Assembly: GCA_036557185.1 (NCBI GenBank)
Contig: DATBHZ010000117.1
Coordinates: 572-64,571, forward strand
Origin: Acidimicrobiia bacterium
GTDB lineage: Bacteria; Actinomycetota; Acidimicrobiia; IMCC26256; JAENVU01
Reading direction: 5' to 3'
Length of the DNA: 64,000 nt
A model generated the notes under the pieces. That model was not told where the DNA came from. It worked only from the letters and a program-made list of their open reading frames with translations, and ran no database searches. Below are positions 18,112-25,940 of the stretch, piece after piece (the first letter of the stretch is position 1; each line of letters opens with the position of its first letter). A program made the position numbers and the translations under genes.

Positions 18112-18789
18112 GTGTCGTGGCCCATGTCGTCGGCCTTCTCGGTGGGGAGATCGTCCCACCAAGAGCGCGCGTTACGGGTCGGAGCGATCGAGGGCTCAGG
18201 TTCACGGGGAATCTGCCGAAAACCCCTCGTGATCCTGGGGGAGTGGGACTTCGCGGAGCTGCTGTCCGCGGCCCAGAACGGGGCCGAATGGGCGGTGTCG
18301 CTGTTGTACCGCGACCTTCATCCGCGCCTCGCGAAGTACCTCGGCGCGAGGGAGCCCGGCGCCGCAGAGGACATCGAATCCGAGGTCTGGCTCGCGATTG
18401 CACAACGCGTCGGCGACTTCGTCGGCGACGAGCAGGCCTTCCGTGCGTGGGCGTTCTCGATCGCACGCCGGCGACTCATGGACTTCCGCCGCACGGCCGT
18501 GCGACGTGCAACCACTCCTACGCCGGTCGAGTACCTCGACGGTCCCGACCGCGTCGACGTCGAAGACACTGTGCTCGACGCGCTCTCCGCAGAAGAGGCG
18601 GCTTCGTTCGTCGTTTCCACGCTCACGGACGATCAAGCCGAGGTCGTGCTCCTCAGGGTCCTGGGCGATCTCGACGTCACCCAGGTCTCCGAGCTTCTCC
18701 ACAAGAGCCCGGGTGCGATTCGGGTGCTCCAGCACCGCGCCCTGCGCCACCTCGAGCGCGCGCTCACCGAGGAACGAGTAACGCAATAG
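18112..18789 (+). CDS. ECF-type RNA polymerase sigma-70 family factor
   Basis: Region 2 (LLYRDLHPRLAKYL..EDIESEVWLAIA....F) and region 4 HTH (LTDDQAEVVLLRVLGDLDVTQVSELLHKSPGAIRVLQHRALRHL). The start is uncertain; an alternative GTG lies at 18229. Confidence 0.85.
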   Translation: MSWPMSSAFSVGRSSHQERALRVGAIEGSGSRGICRKPLVILGEWDFAELLSAAQNGAEWAVSLLYRDLHPRLAKYLGAREPGAAEDIESEVWLAIAQRVGDFVGDEQAFRAWAFSIARRRLMDFRRTAVRRATTPTPVEYLDGPDRVDVEDTVLDALSAEEAASFVVSTLTDDQAEVVLLRVLGDLDVTQVSELLHKSPGAIRVLQHRALRHLERALTEERVTQ

Positions 18790-18813
18790 CGGCCTCGAGC
18801 GATACAAGCGGCG

Positions 18814-19206
18814 ATGTCGCTCTCGCTCGCCCACACAGAAGCCGCGCTTCGGACACCAAGAGCTTCCGCTGAGGAGCTCGGCCCGGTCGGCAGGCTCATC
18901 GACGCACTCCGCGCGCCCGCATCTCGGAGCACCGGGGTCGAGCGCTCGGAGGTCTTGGCGCAGGTAATACGCGAGCGCAAGGACGAGGGGATCGCGCCCG
19001 GGGCGAGCGGCCATCGCGAGACGGTCGAGTGCAGAGAACATGCACGAGCTCGACGGGTACGCACGGACGGGCGAGCGGTGCGCGTGTTCTCGGCGCCACC
19101 GTTGTCGCGAGAGTGGGGCACCGCTCGACCCGTCCGGCGCGAGCGCCGCTGCCGAGAGCAATGGACTCCGCCTCGGCTCGAGGGTTCGCAAGGCAGCCTC
19201 TCGTGA
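18814..19206 (+). CDS. Hypothetical ORF between the sigma factor and the first pilin gene (coding status uncertain)
   Basis: The first ~70 codons have ordinary amino-acid composition, and by hand count about three quarters end in G/C. The stop overlaps the GTG of the next gene (GTGA at 19203-19206). The C-terminal half is Arg-rich and looks less convincing. There is no TM and no recognisable motif. Confidence 0.35.
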   Translation: MSLSLAHTEAALRTPRASAEELGPVGRLIDALRAPASRSTGVERSEVLAQVIRERKDEGIAPGASGHRETVECREHARARRVRTDGRAVRVFSAPPLSREWGTARPVRRERRCREQWTPPRLEGSQGSLS

Positions 19207-20462
19207 GGAGCTTCGTGCGCTCCGTTCGCCGGCGTCTCGACGCTCGGGGGAGTCGGTCGTCCCAGGCCGGGATGACGCTCATCGAGCTCATCGTCGCGAT
19301 CACGTTGATGTCGGTCGTGATCGTGGGCCTCGCCACCACCATCGGCGCGTCGGACAAGGTGATCCAGCTCACGCGTGCACGCCAGGTGGCCGAGGCTGCG
19401 GCGAACAAGCGAATCGAAGAGCTCCGCGACATCGACTACGACAACCTCGCGCTCGACTCCCAACCGACCCACAGCACCGATCCGAACAACCCCGACTTCT
19501 ACGTCTCGGCCGACGGGACTCAGTACAACTACACGGGCGCGACACCGGCGAACAACGAGGACCTGATCGTCGACACGACGCCACCCCTGGGCCAGGTCAA
19601 GCACATCGAGACGCCCGTCACGGTCGGGACCACCGTGGTCGACGTCTATCAGTACGTGACGTGGGTGGACGACCCGACCATCGCGGGGACCCAGAACCTC
19701 AAGCGAATCACCGTGGTCGTGCACTACCACACGGTCGCGGTTCCGGGCACCGACGCGACGCTGCGCGAGTCGGTGCTCTTCACCCCGGGCACGGTCACGA
19801 TCAACCCCGACGATTCCGAATCCGACCCGACGACCACCACTACGTCGACATCGACATCGACCACGACGCTCCCATCGGCGTGTGGCTCCTTCTCGATGGC
19901 AGGCAGCGGCGGGGCGCAGGTCGGCTACACGGCGACGACCACGATCACGATCACGCTCAACCTGGACGCGTGCGGCGTCGACTACGTCGACGTCTCGAAC
20001 GACGGCTCGACCTGGACGAGCAACCTTCCCTACGACAGCACGGACCCAACGCTCGCGTGGACGCTCACCGGGGGCGATGGCGAGAAGACGGTCTCGGTGC
20101 AGGCGCACAACGGCATCGCGGGGGTGCCGTTCAGCGTGGGGGCACAGAACATCATCCTCGACACGATCAAGCCGACGACGCCCACCAACCTGACCGGGAG
20201 CGCGTCGTGCCAGGGCTCGAACCGCACCGTCGTCATGTCGTGGGACACGTCCACCGACGACAACTTCGTCGGTTACCACGTGTACCGCAGCACCGACGGT
20301 GTGACCTGGCAGCTGGTGACCTCGGTGGTGGGAACCAGCGCGTCCGACACGAGCTCCAAGGGCCTCTCTTCGACTCGTTACTACGTGGCCGCATACGACA
20401 AGGCCGGAAACGAATCCAATGCGAGCAACACGATTCTTTACTCGAAGAACCAGTGCAGCTGA
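19203..20462 (+). CDS. Prepilin-type protein, PilV-like minor pilin with Ser/Thr linker, Ig-like module and C-terminal fibronectin type III domain
   Basis: Basic leader then QAG|MTLIELIVAITLMSVVIVGL (Gly -1, Glu +5). PilV-like AEAAANKRIEELR. TTTTTSTSTSTTT linker. FN3 signature SWDTSTDDNFVGYHVYRS...YYVAAYDKAGNES. The start could also be ATG 19161 or GTG 19215. Confidence 0.85.
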   Translation: MRSFVRSVRRRLDARGSRSSQAGMTLIELIVAITLMSVVIVGLATTIGASDKVIQLTRARQVAEAAANKRIEELRDIDYDNLALDSQPTHSTDPNNPDFYVSADGTQYNYTGATPANNEDLIVDTTPPLGQVKHIETPVTVGTTVVDVYQYVTWVDDPTIAGTQNLKRITVVVHYHTVAVPGTDATLRESVLFTPGTVTINPDDSESDPTTTTTSTSTSTTTLPSACGSFSMAGSGGAQVGYTATTTITITLNLDACGVDYVDVSNDGSTWTSNLPYDSTDPTLAWTLTGGDGEKTVSVQAHNGIAGVPFSVGAQNIILDTIKPTTPTNLTGSASCQGSNRTVVMSWDTSTDDNFVGYHVYRSTDGVTWQLVTSVVGTSASDTSSKGLSSTRYYVAAYDKAGNESNASNTILYSKNQCS

Positions 20463-20982
20463 GCGCGGCGTAGGGCAGGCGGGCTTCACGCTCGTCGAGC
20501 TCATGATCACCGTCGCGCTCCTCGCGGTGGTGCTCGGCGTCGTGTTCGACTCGTTGATCCAGATGCAGTCGTCCGAGTCGTTCCAGCAGGACCGGTCGAC
20601 CTCGCTCGACACGATGCGTCTCACGCTCAACCAGATGACGCGCAACCTGCGGCAAGCAGCGACGATCAACGAGGCAACCGCGACCTCGAGCCACCTCGAA
20701 TTCACGACGTACAAGCTGAACGAGGCGACTCCGACGACCGAGGACGTCACGTATGACGCGACGGGTACGACGCTCACGCGCAAGGTCGACAGCGGCTCGG
20801 CTGTGCCGGTCGTGACCAACCTGCAGAGCACGAACCTGTTCACCTACACGCCGGCGCCCAACACCACCGGCGTCCAGTGGGTCGCGATCAACCTCGCCAT
20901 CGTGCCCAAGAACGCTCCGAGCACCGTGCTCGTCCTCGACGGACAGGTCAACCTCCGGAACAGAACGGCGGCACAGCTATGA
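20419..20982 (+). CDS. Prepilin-type protein, PilW/GspJ-like minor pilin
   Basis: Leader then QAG|FTLVELMITVALLAVVLGVVF (Gly -1, Phe +1, Glu +5). ATG 20419 is the only in-frame canonical start and overlaps the previous gene by 44 nt. Confidence 0.8.
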   Translation: MRATRFFTRRTSAAERGVGQAGFTLVELMITVALLAVVLGVVFDSLIQMQSSESFQQDRSTSLDTMRLTLNQMTRNLRQAATINEATATSSHLEFTTYKLNEATPTTEDVTYDATGTTLTRKVDSGSAVPVVTNLQSTNLFTYTPAPNTTGVQWVAINLAIVPKNAPSTVLVLDGQVNLRNRTAAQL

Positions 20983-22472
20983 CCAGGCTCCTGACGCACC
21001 GCGACTCCCGGGAAGACGGATTCGCGCTGATCGCCACCATGCTGGCGATCTTCATCGCGACGCTGATCGCGACGAGCATGATGTACCTGAGCTTCCACGA
21101 CTCGACAGCCGGCGCGCGCAACCGCTCGTGGGGGCAGGCGATTCACGTGGCCGAGTCCGGCATGCACGAGGCGATCGCCTACCTCCAGGCGAACAACGGC
21201 GCGGTCCCGCCCAGCACCATCACGGGGACGACGGCCGACGGCACCTACCAGTACAAGGTCACCGCGCTGCCCAGGAACCGCTACCAGATCGACAGCATCG
21301 GCAGCGTCGGCAACGTCGTGTCGCTCAGCGCGGCGCGGCGCATCCGTGTGACGCTCGCTCCGCCGCACTCGTTCAAGTACGCGCTCTTCTCGCTGAGCGA
21401 CGTCACGACGAAGAACAACAACCTCGTATGCGGTGACATCTGGGCGAACACCGACGTCACGGTCTTCCAGAACGACCAGGTGGTGGCGGGAACCGACCCG
21501 CAGTGCCCCTCCGGCTCGATCGGGAGCGGATCGGCAACAGCCGCGGGTGGGACGATCACGCTCCAGCACAACTCGGTCGTCGAGGGCGACGCTTGGTCAG
21601 GGAACTTCGATTCGTCCGGCGACGGGATCTCGCTCGCCGGCGGCGCGCGCATCGGTGGCTTCGCCAAGGCATCGTCGGCTACCCCCGCTTGCGCCGACGA
21701 TCCCGGCCACGACGGCTACGCGATCGACAACGGAGGGACAATCGCCGGGCCCGCGACTGCCTGGGGGACGATCGGCGGCGGCGGGTCGTTCAGCACGCAG
21801 TCGCCGATGACGTGCACACCTGCAGCCGCGACCAAGACGATCCCGACGTTCAACTACAGCGCGGCGAACTACCCGGGCCCGAGCTTGCACGAGTACACCT
21901 TCCCCGCGGACTACGCGGCGTTCAACGCGTACATCGCGGCAAACCAGAACAACCTCGAGGGTACGTTCCACATCATCGGCGGCGACGCGAGCACACCGGT
22001 GAACTTGACAGGAGTCCAGATCGCGGGTGACACCACGATCATCGCGGACTCGGCACCGATCGACGCTTCGGGGGGGATCGGAGCGGCGAACAACGACGAC
22101 AAGCTGCTCGTGCTCGCATCGTTCTATGCGCCGTCCGGAGGACCCACGGACTCTGGCTGCACGACGAACGGCGGCAACCCCGGCGACTGCGCCATCGGGT
22201 TCAAGAACAATTTCCAGCCGGCCTCCGGAGACTTGACCGGCGGCAACAACACCGCCGTTCTTCTCTACGCGCCGAACGGGCCTGTAGCGTTCAAGAACAA
22301 CGCGCAGTTCCAGGGTGCGGTCTACGCGAGCAACATCCAACTGAAGAACAACATGAACGTGGTCTACGACACCCGCGTCGACCAGATCGTGGGCTTCGGG
22401 CCCGAGACGCTCGTCGTCGATCAGTGGCTGGAGTGCAGCAGCTCCGGGAGCCTCACCACCACCGACTGCTGA
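20979..22472 (+). CDS. PilX/GspK-like large pilus-tip protein with PilX-type N-terminus and beta-helix-like Gly/Asn/Asp-rich body
   Basis: ATG 20979 overlaps the upstream stop (ATGA). The N-terminus is REDG|FALIATMLAIFIATLIATSMMYL with no Glu at +5. The remainder is about 480 aa with repeated short G/N/D-rich segments and paired Cys. Confidence 0.75.
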   Translation: MTRLLTHRDSREDGFALIATMLAIFIATLIATSMMYLSFHDSTAGARNRSWGQAIHVAESGMHEAIAYLQANNGAVPPSTITGTTADGTYQYKVTALPRNRYQIDSIGSVGNVVSLSAARRIRVTLAPPHSFKYALFSLSDVTTKNNNLVCGDIWANTDVTVFQNDQVVAGTDPQCPSGSIGSGSATAAGGTITLQHNSVVEGDAWSGNFDSSGDGISLAGGARIGGFAKASSATPACADDPGHDGYAIDNGGTIAGPATAWGTIGGGGSFSTQSPMTCTPAAATKTIPTFNYSAANYPGPSLHEYTFPADYAAFNAYIAANQNNLEGTFHIIGGDASTPVNLTGVQIAGDTTIIADSAPIDASGGIGAANNDDKLLVLASFYAPSGGPTDSGCTTNGGNPGDCAIGFKNNFQPASGDLTGGNNTAVLLYAPNGPVAFKNNAQFQGAVYASNIQLKNNMNVVYDTRVDQIVGFGPETLVVDQWLECSSSGSLTTTDC

Positions 22473-22591
22473 TCAGCGTGCGGCGGTGACGAGCGCGACT
22501 CAGTCCGTCAGCGACCCGTCGTCGGGGAGATACGCGAACAGCTCCCGGTCGCCCTCCAACCCCTTGAGCTTTCGAAGCAGCACGGAACGGG

Positions 22592-22665
22592 TGGAGACGA
22601 TGGGACTCGAACCCACGACCCCCTGCTTGCAAAGCAGGTGCTCTAGCCAGCTGAGCTACGTCCCC
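22592..22665 (-). tRNA. tRNA-Ala (anticodon UGC)
   Basis: Reverse complement GGGGACGTAGCTCAGCTGGCTAGAGCACCTGCTTTGCAAGCAGGGGGTCGTGGGTTCGAGTCCCATCGTCTCCA. Has the G3:U70 identity pair and anticodon loop cTTTGCAAg. CCA is not encoded. Confidence 0.93.
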
Positions 22666-22747
22666 GCGAGATCGTGCAGACCGCCGACATGCGCTCTTCG
22701 ATCTCCGCGATCGAAGCTACCAGTGGAGCGCTCCGCGCCACGCTGCC

Positions 22748-24115
22748 TCATCGCGACCGGCGGGCCGGGCCGTTCGAGCCCGCCGGGTACTCCTCGAGCG
22801 GAACGAGGCCGCGCGACCAGGCCGACAGCACCGGCATCACGACGCGCCAGGACTCCTCGGCCTCGTCTCCACGGACCGACAGGGCAGGGTCGCCGGTGAG
22901 CACGTCGAGCAGGAGCCGGCCGTAGGGAGGTAGGTCGGGCGGAGCCATCGCCGAGGTCAGCTCGAGAGGAGCGAGCGTCCGAGCTCCGGAGCCCGTGCCC
23001 ATCAGGTCGAGCGTCAGCCCTTCCGGGTCGAGCCCGAAACGGAGCACGTTGGGCAGGACGTCCGCGTCGCTGCCGAACGGCATGTGCGGCACGGGCCGGA
23101 AGCGCACGGCGACCCCTTTGCGGTCCCGACCCAGCGCCTTGCCACTGCGGAGCCGGAAGGTCGTTCCCGACCACCGCCAGCTCTCGAGCTCCAGCTCGAC
23201 CTCGGCGAAGGTCTCCGTGCTCCGGTCGGGTTCGACGCCGGGCTCGTCGACGTAGGCAGGAACCTCGTGATCACCGATCCGCCCCGCGACGTATCGCGCG
23301 CGGCGCGTGCGGCGAACGATGTCGTCGTCGGTGAGCGGCCGCACCGAGCGCAGCACGTCGACCTTCCGGTCGCGCAAGTCGCGCTCGCCGAGGCTGATCG
23401 GCGGCTCCATCGCCACCAGGCACAGCACCTGCAACAAGTGGTTCTGCACCATGTCCTTCAGCGCGCCTGCGCTGTCGTAGTACCCGGCGCGATCCTCCAG
23501 CGTCAGCACTTCGTCCCAGACGATCTCCACCTCGGCGATGTGTGAGCTGTTCCAGAGCGGCTCGAGCACGCGGTTTGCGAGCCGGCTGCCGAGCACGTTC
23601 TCCACCGTGGTCATCGCCAGGAAGTGGTCGACGCGGAACACCGCCTCCTCGGGCACGAGATGCTCGAGCAGTCGATTCAGCGCCTCGGCGCCGGCGAGGT
23701 CTTCACCGAACGGCTTCTCGAGCACGATCCGGCTCCCCGGCGGCAGGCCGGCGCGATCGAGTGACGACACCGCTGCAGAGAAGAGCGCCGGGGGAAGCGC
23801 GAGGTACACGGCGACGGGAGCGTCGCCCTCGATCGCCGACGCCACTCCGGCGGGGTCGGTGACGTCGGCTCGTGTGAAGCGCGCCGCCTCGACGATCGCG
23901 CGTCGCGCGTCGGCCGGGAGGTCGCCGGCATGGCGCTCGAGCTGCTCCGCCGCCCACGCTCGGAACTGCTCGTCGTCCCACTCGCTGCGATCCGCGCCTG
24001 TCAGCTCGAACCGATCGCTGAGCTGCCCTGCGGCGCGCAACGCGACGAGCCCGGGCAGCAGGTATCGCGCGCAGAGGTCACCCGAGGCGCCGAACACGGT
24101 GAGTCGATCGATCAC
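22748..24115 (-). CDS. zwf: Glucose-6-phosphate 1-dehydrogenase
   Basis: Contains FGASGDLCARYLLPGL, RVDHFLAMTTVENVL and EKPFG. GTG 24115 overlaps the stop of the upstream GH15 gene (GTGA). The 74 upstream codons of the track ORF are rejected. Confidence 0.9.
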   Translation of the reverse strand: MIDRLTVFGASGDLCARYLLPGLVALRAAGQLSDRFELTGADRSEWDDEQFRAWAAEQLERHAGDLPADARRAIVEAARFTRADVTDPAGVASAIEGDAPVAVYLALPPALFSAAVSSLDRAGLPPGSRIVLEKPFGEDLAGAEALNRLLEHLVPEEAVFRVDHFLAMTTVENVLGSRLANRVLEPLWNSSHIAEVEIVWDEVLTLEDRAGYYDSAGALKDMVQNHLLQVLCLVAMEPPISLGERDLRDRKVDVLRSVRPLTDDDIVRRTRRARYVAGRIGDHEVPAYVDEPGVEPDRSTETFAEVELELESWRWSGTTFRLRSGKALGRDRKGVAVRFRPVPHMPFGSDADVLPNVLRFGLDPEGLTLDLMGTGSGARTLAPLELTSAMAPPDLPPYGRLLLDVLTGDPALSVRGDEAEESWRVVMPVLSAWSRGLVPLEEYPAGSNGPARRSR

Positions 24116-25938
24116 CGCGGCACCGCTTTCGCGCGCGCGAGGTTCACACCGCCGGCGATGACGCCGAGGTGGCTGAACGCTTGCGGGAAGTTGCCCATGA
24201 GCGCGCCGCTCGTAGGCTCGATCTGCTCCGAGAGCAGCCCGAGCGGGCTTGCGCGAGCGCAGAGCGACGCATAGAGCTGCTCGGCTTCTTCGATCCGTCC
24301 CTGGAGCGCGAGGTTCTCGACCAGCCAGAAGCCGCACAACAAGAACGCGCCTTCGTCACCCGGGAGGCCGTCGGTCGACTCGTCGTGCAGATAGCGGTAC
24401 AGCAGGCCGCCCCCGGCCGAGAGCCGCTCCGCGATGGCGGCCGTCGTGGCCACCATGCGCGGGTGATCGACCGGCACGACCTGGCGCAGCGGAAGCGCGA
24501 GCAGGCTGGCGTCGAGGCCGCCGCCGCCGTCGAGATGCTCGCGGAAGGACTTGGCGTCCTCGTCCCACGAGTCCTCGAGGATGCGCTGCCGCAAGCGGTC
24601 GCCCGCCGCGCGCCACTCCGTGACCGGCCCCGGCAGAGCATGGCGCTCGCCGATGCTCGCAGCCCGGTCGAGAGCCATCTGGCACATCCCCGCGGAGTAC
24701 GTGAACACCCTCCCGGGGCTGCGCACCTCCCAGATGCCCTGGTCCGGCTGCTGCCAAGCTGTGCCGGCCATCTGCGCGAGCTCGGAGAGACCCGCCCACA
24801 GCGCGGGCTGGAGCTCGCCGCCGGCGCGGAGCCACTGGTCGGCGCAATCCAGCACCTCGCCGTAGACGTCGTGCTGGAGCTGGTCAGCGGCACCGTTGCC
24901 CCAACGCACCGGGGCCGACCGTCGATAGCCCTCCAAACCGGTGTCCTCGACCTCGTCGGGCACGGGACCGCCGTCGAGGTCGTACATGATCCGCGGCACC
25001 CGGCTCTGCTCGAACGCGTCGAGGACCCAACCGAGGAACGCGTCCGCCTCGTCGACGAAGCCGATGCGGCGCATCGCGAACACCGTGAACGCGGCATCCC
25101 GGATCCAGGTGTAGCGGTAGTCCCAGTTGCGGACGCCGCCGACAGGAGCGGGCAACGAAGACGTGGGCGCCGCGACGACCGAGCCGTTCACCCAGTGATC
25201 GCACAGCTTCAGTGTGATCGCGGCACGTCGGACCAGCGACTGCTCGGGGCCGTCGTAGTTGCAGTGCGCCATCCAACGGCGCCACGCGTCCACCGTGTCG
25301 CGCACCATGGCCTCGACGTCGAAGCGGTGGTGGCGACGGAATCGGCCCCACGACAGCACCAGGTCGAGGCGCTCACCTTGGTGCAGCTCGACCGCGCTGC
25401 TCAGAGCCGACAATGGGTGGTTACAACGAAGGTGCAGGCGGAGGTCCGGCCGTCCGGGCAGAACCAGCTCCACCCCACCGAACAAGCTCCGGATCTGCGC
25501 GCCGCCGCGAGGCCGAACGTCGATCCGAAGGCGGACGTCACCGGAGGTGCAGACGGCGGAGCGCACGAGCTCTCCCCGCTGGGCCGGGGCGTCGTCGGTG
25601 ATGTCGGCGCCCGAACGCAGGGCCAGCGCATCCGTGATCCGGACCCGACCGGTGCCACTGGCCATCTCGGTGAGCAGCACCGCGGTGTCGGGCTCGTAGC
25701 GCTGACGCGCCTCTACGAGATCGTCGGGTGCGACGGTGAAATGCCCGCCTCGGTCGTGATCGAGCAAGCCGCAGAAGACCGGGTCGGAGTCGAAACGAGG
25801 TAAGCACAGCCACGGGATGGAACCATCGATGCCGGCGAGCGCCACCGTCGTTCCGTCGCCGATGAGACCGAGATCCTCGAGCGCCAAATACCCCTCATGC
25901 CGCCGAACCGGCCGGAATGGTGGATCGGGATCGAGCAC
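24112..25938 (-). CDS. Glycoside hydrolase family 15 protein (glucoamylase/trehalase-like)
   Basis: About 600 aa with NWDYRYTWIRDAAFTVFAM and C-terminal FPQAFSHLGVI, as in actinobacterial GH15 enzymes. Confidence 0.85.
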   Translation of the reverse strand: MLDPDPPFRPVRRHEGYLALEDLGLIGDGTTVALAGIDGSIPWLCLPRFDSDPVFCGLLDHDRGGHFTVAPDDLVEARQRYEPDTAVLLTEMASGTGRVRITDALALRSGADITDDAPAQRGELVRSAVCTSGDVRLRIDVRPRGGAQIRSLFGGVELVLPGRPDLRLHLRCNHPLSALSSAVELHQGERLDLVLSWGRFRRHHRFDVEAMVRDTVDAWRRWMAHCNYDGPEQSLVRRAAITLKLCDHWVNGSVVAAPTSSLPAPVGGVRNWDYRYTWIRDAAFTVFAMRRIGFVDEADAFLGWVLDAFEQSRVPRIMYDLDGGPVPDEVEDTGLEGYRRSAPVRWGNGAADQLQHDVYGEVLDCADQWLRAGGELQPALWAGLSELAQMAGTAWQQPDQGIWEVRSPGRVFTYSAGMCQMALDRAASIGERHALPGPVTEWRAAGDRLRQRILEDSWDEDAKSFREHLDGGGGLDASLLALPLRQVVPVDHPRMVATTAAIAERLSAGGGLLYRYLHDESTDGLPGDEGAFLLCGFWLVENLALQGRIEEAEQLYASLCARASPLGLLSEQIEPTSGALMGNFPQAFSHLGVIAGGVNLARAKAVPR

Positions 25939-25940
25939 CG

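Noticed and set aside
18633-20843. 736-aa minus-strand ORF, and the 477-aa plus-strand ORF 19040..20473 that parallels the pilin gene in another frame
   Set aside because: Both overlap the motif-rich PilV-like/PilW-like genes. Their translations are dominated by Arg/His/Asp/Gly runs with no recognisable domain. They are open only because stop codons are rare in G+C-rich DNA.
22500-22583. 27-codon minus-strand ORF (VLLRKLKGLEGDRELFAYLPDDGSLTD) with mostly G/C-ending codons, immediately 3' of tRNA-Ala
   Set aside because: It is too short to evaluate. It has no Shine-Dalgarno, and its reading frame runs into the tRNA. It could be a gene remnant, but I cannot support it as a feature.
16700-22665. 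Idea that the sigma/pilin block is a genomic island integrated at the 3' end of tRNA-Ala
   Set aside because: No integrase, recombinase or transposase is present. I found no direct repeat of the tRNA 3' segment at the far side. Codon usage of the pilin genes looks like the rest of the window.
22486-22899. 137-aa plus-strand ORF spanning tRNA-Ala
   Set aside because: It reads across the antisense of a perfectly folded tRNA-Ala gene and the zwf 3' end. It has no motifs.
24116-24337. 74-codon N-terminal extension of zwf
   Set aside because: It overlaps the 3' end of the GH15 gene in another frame and is Arg-rich. The canonical G6PD N-terminus (…FGASGDL…) follows GTG 24115, which forms a GTGA overlap.
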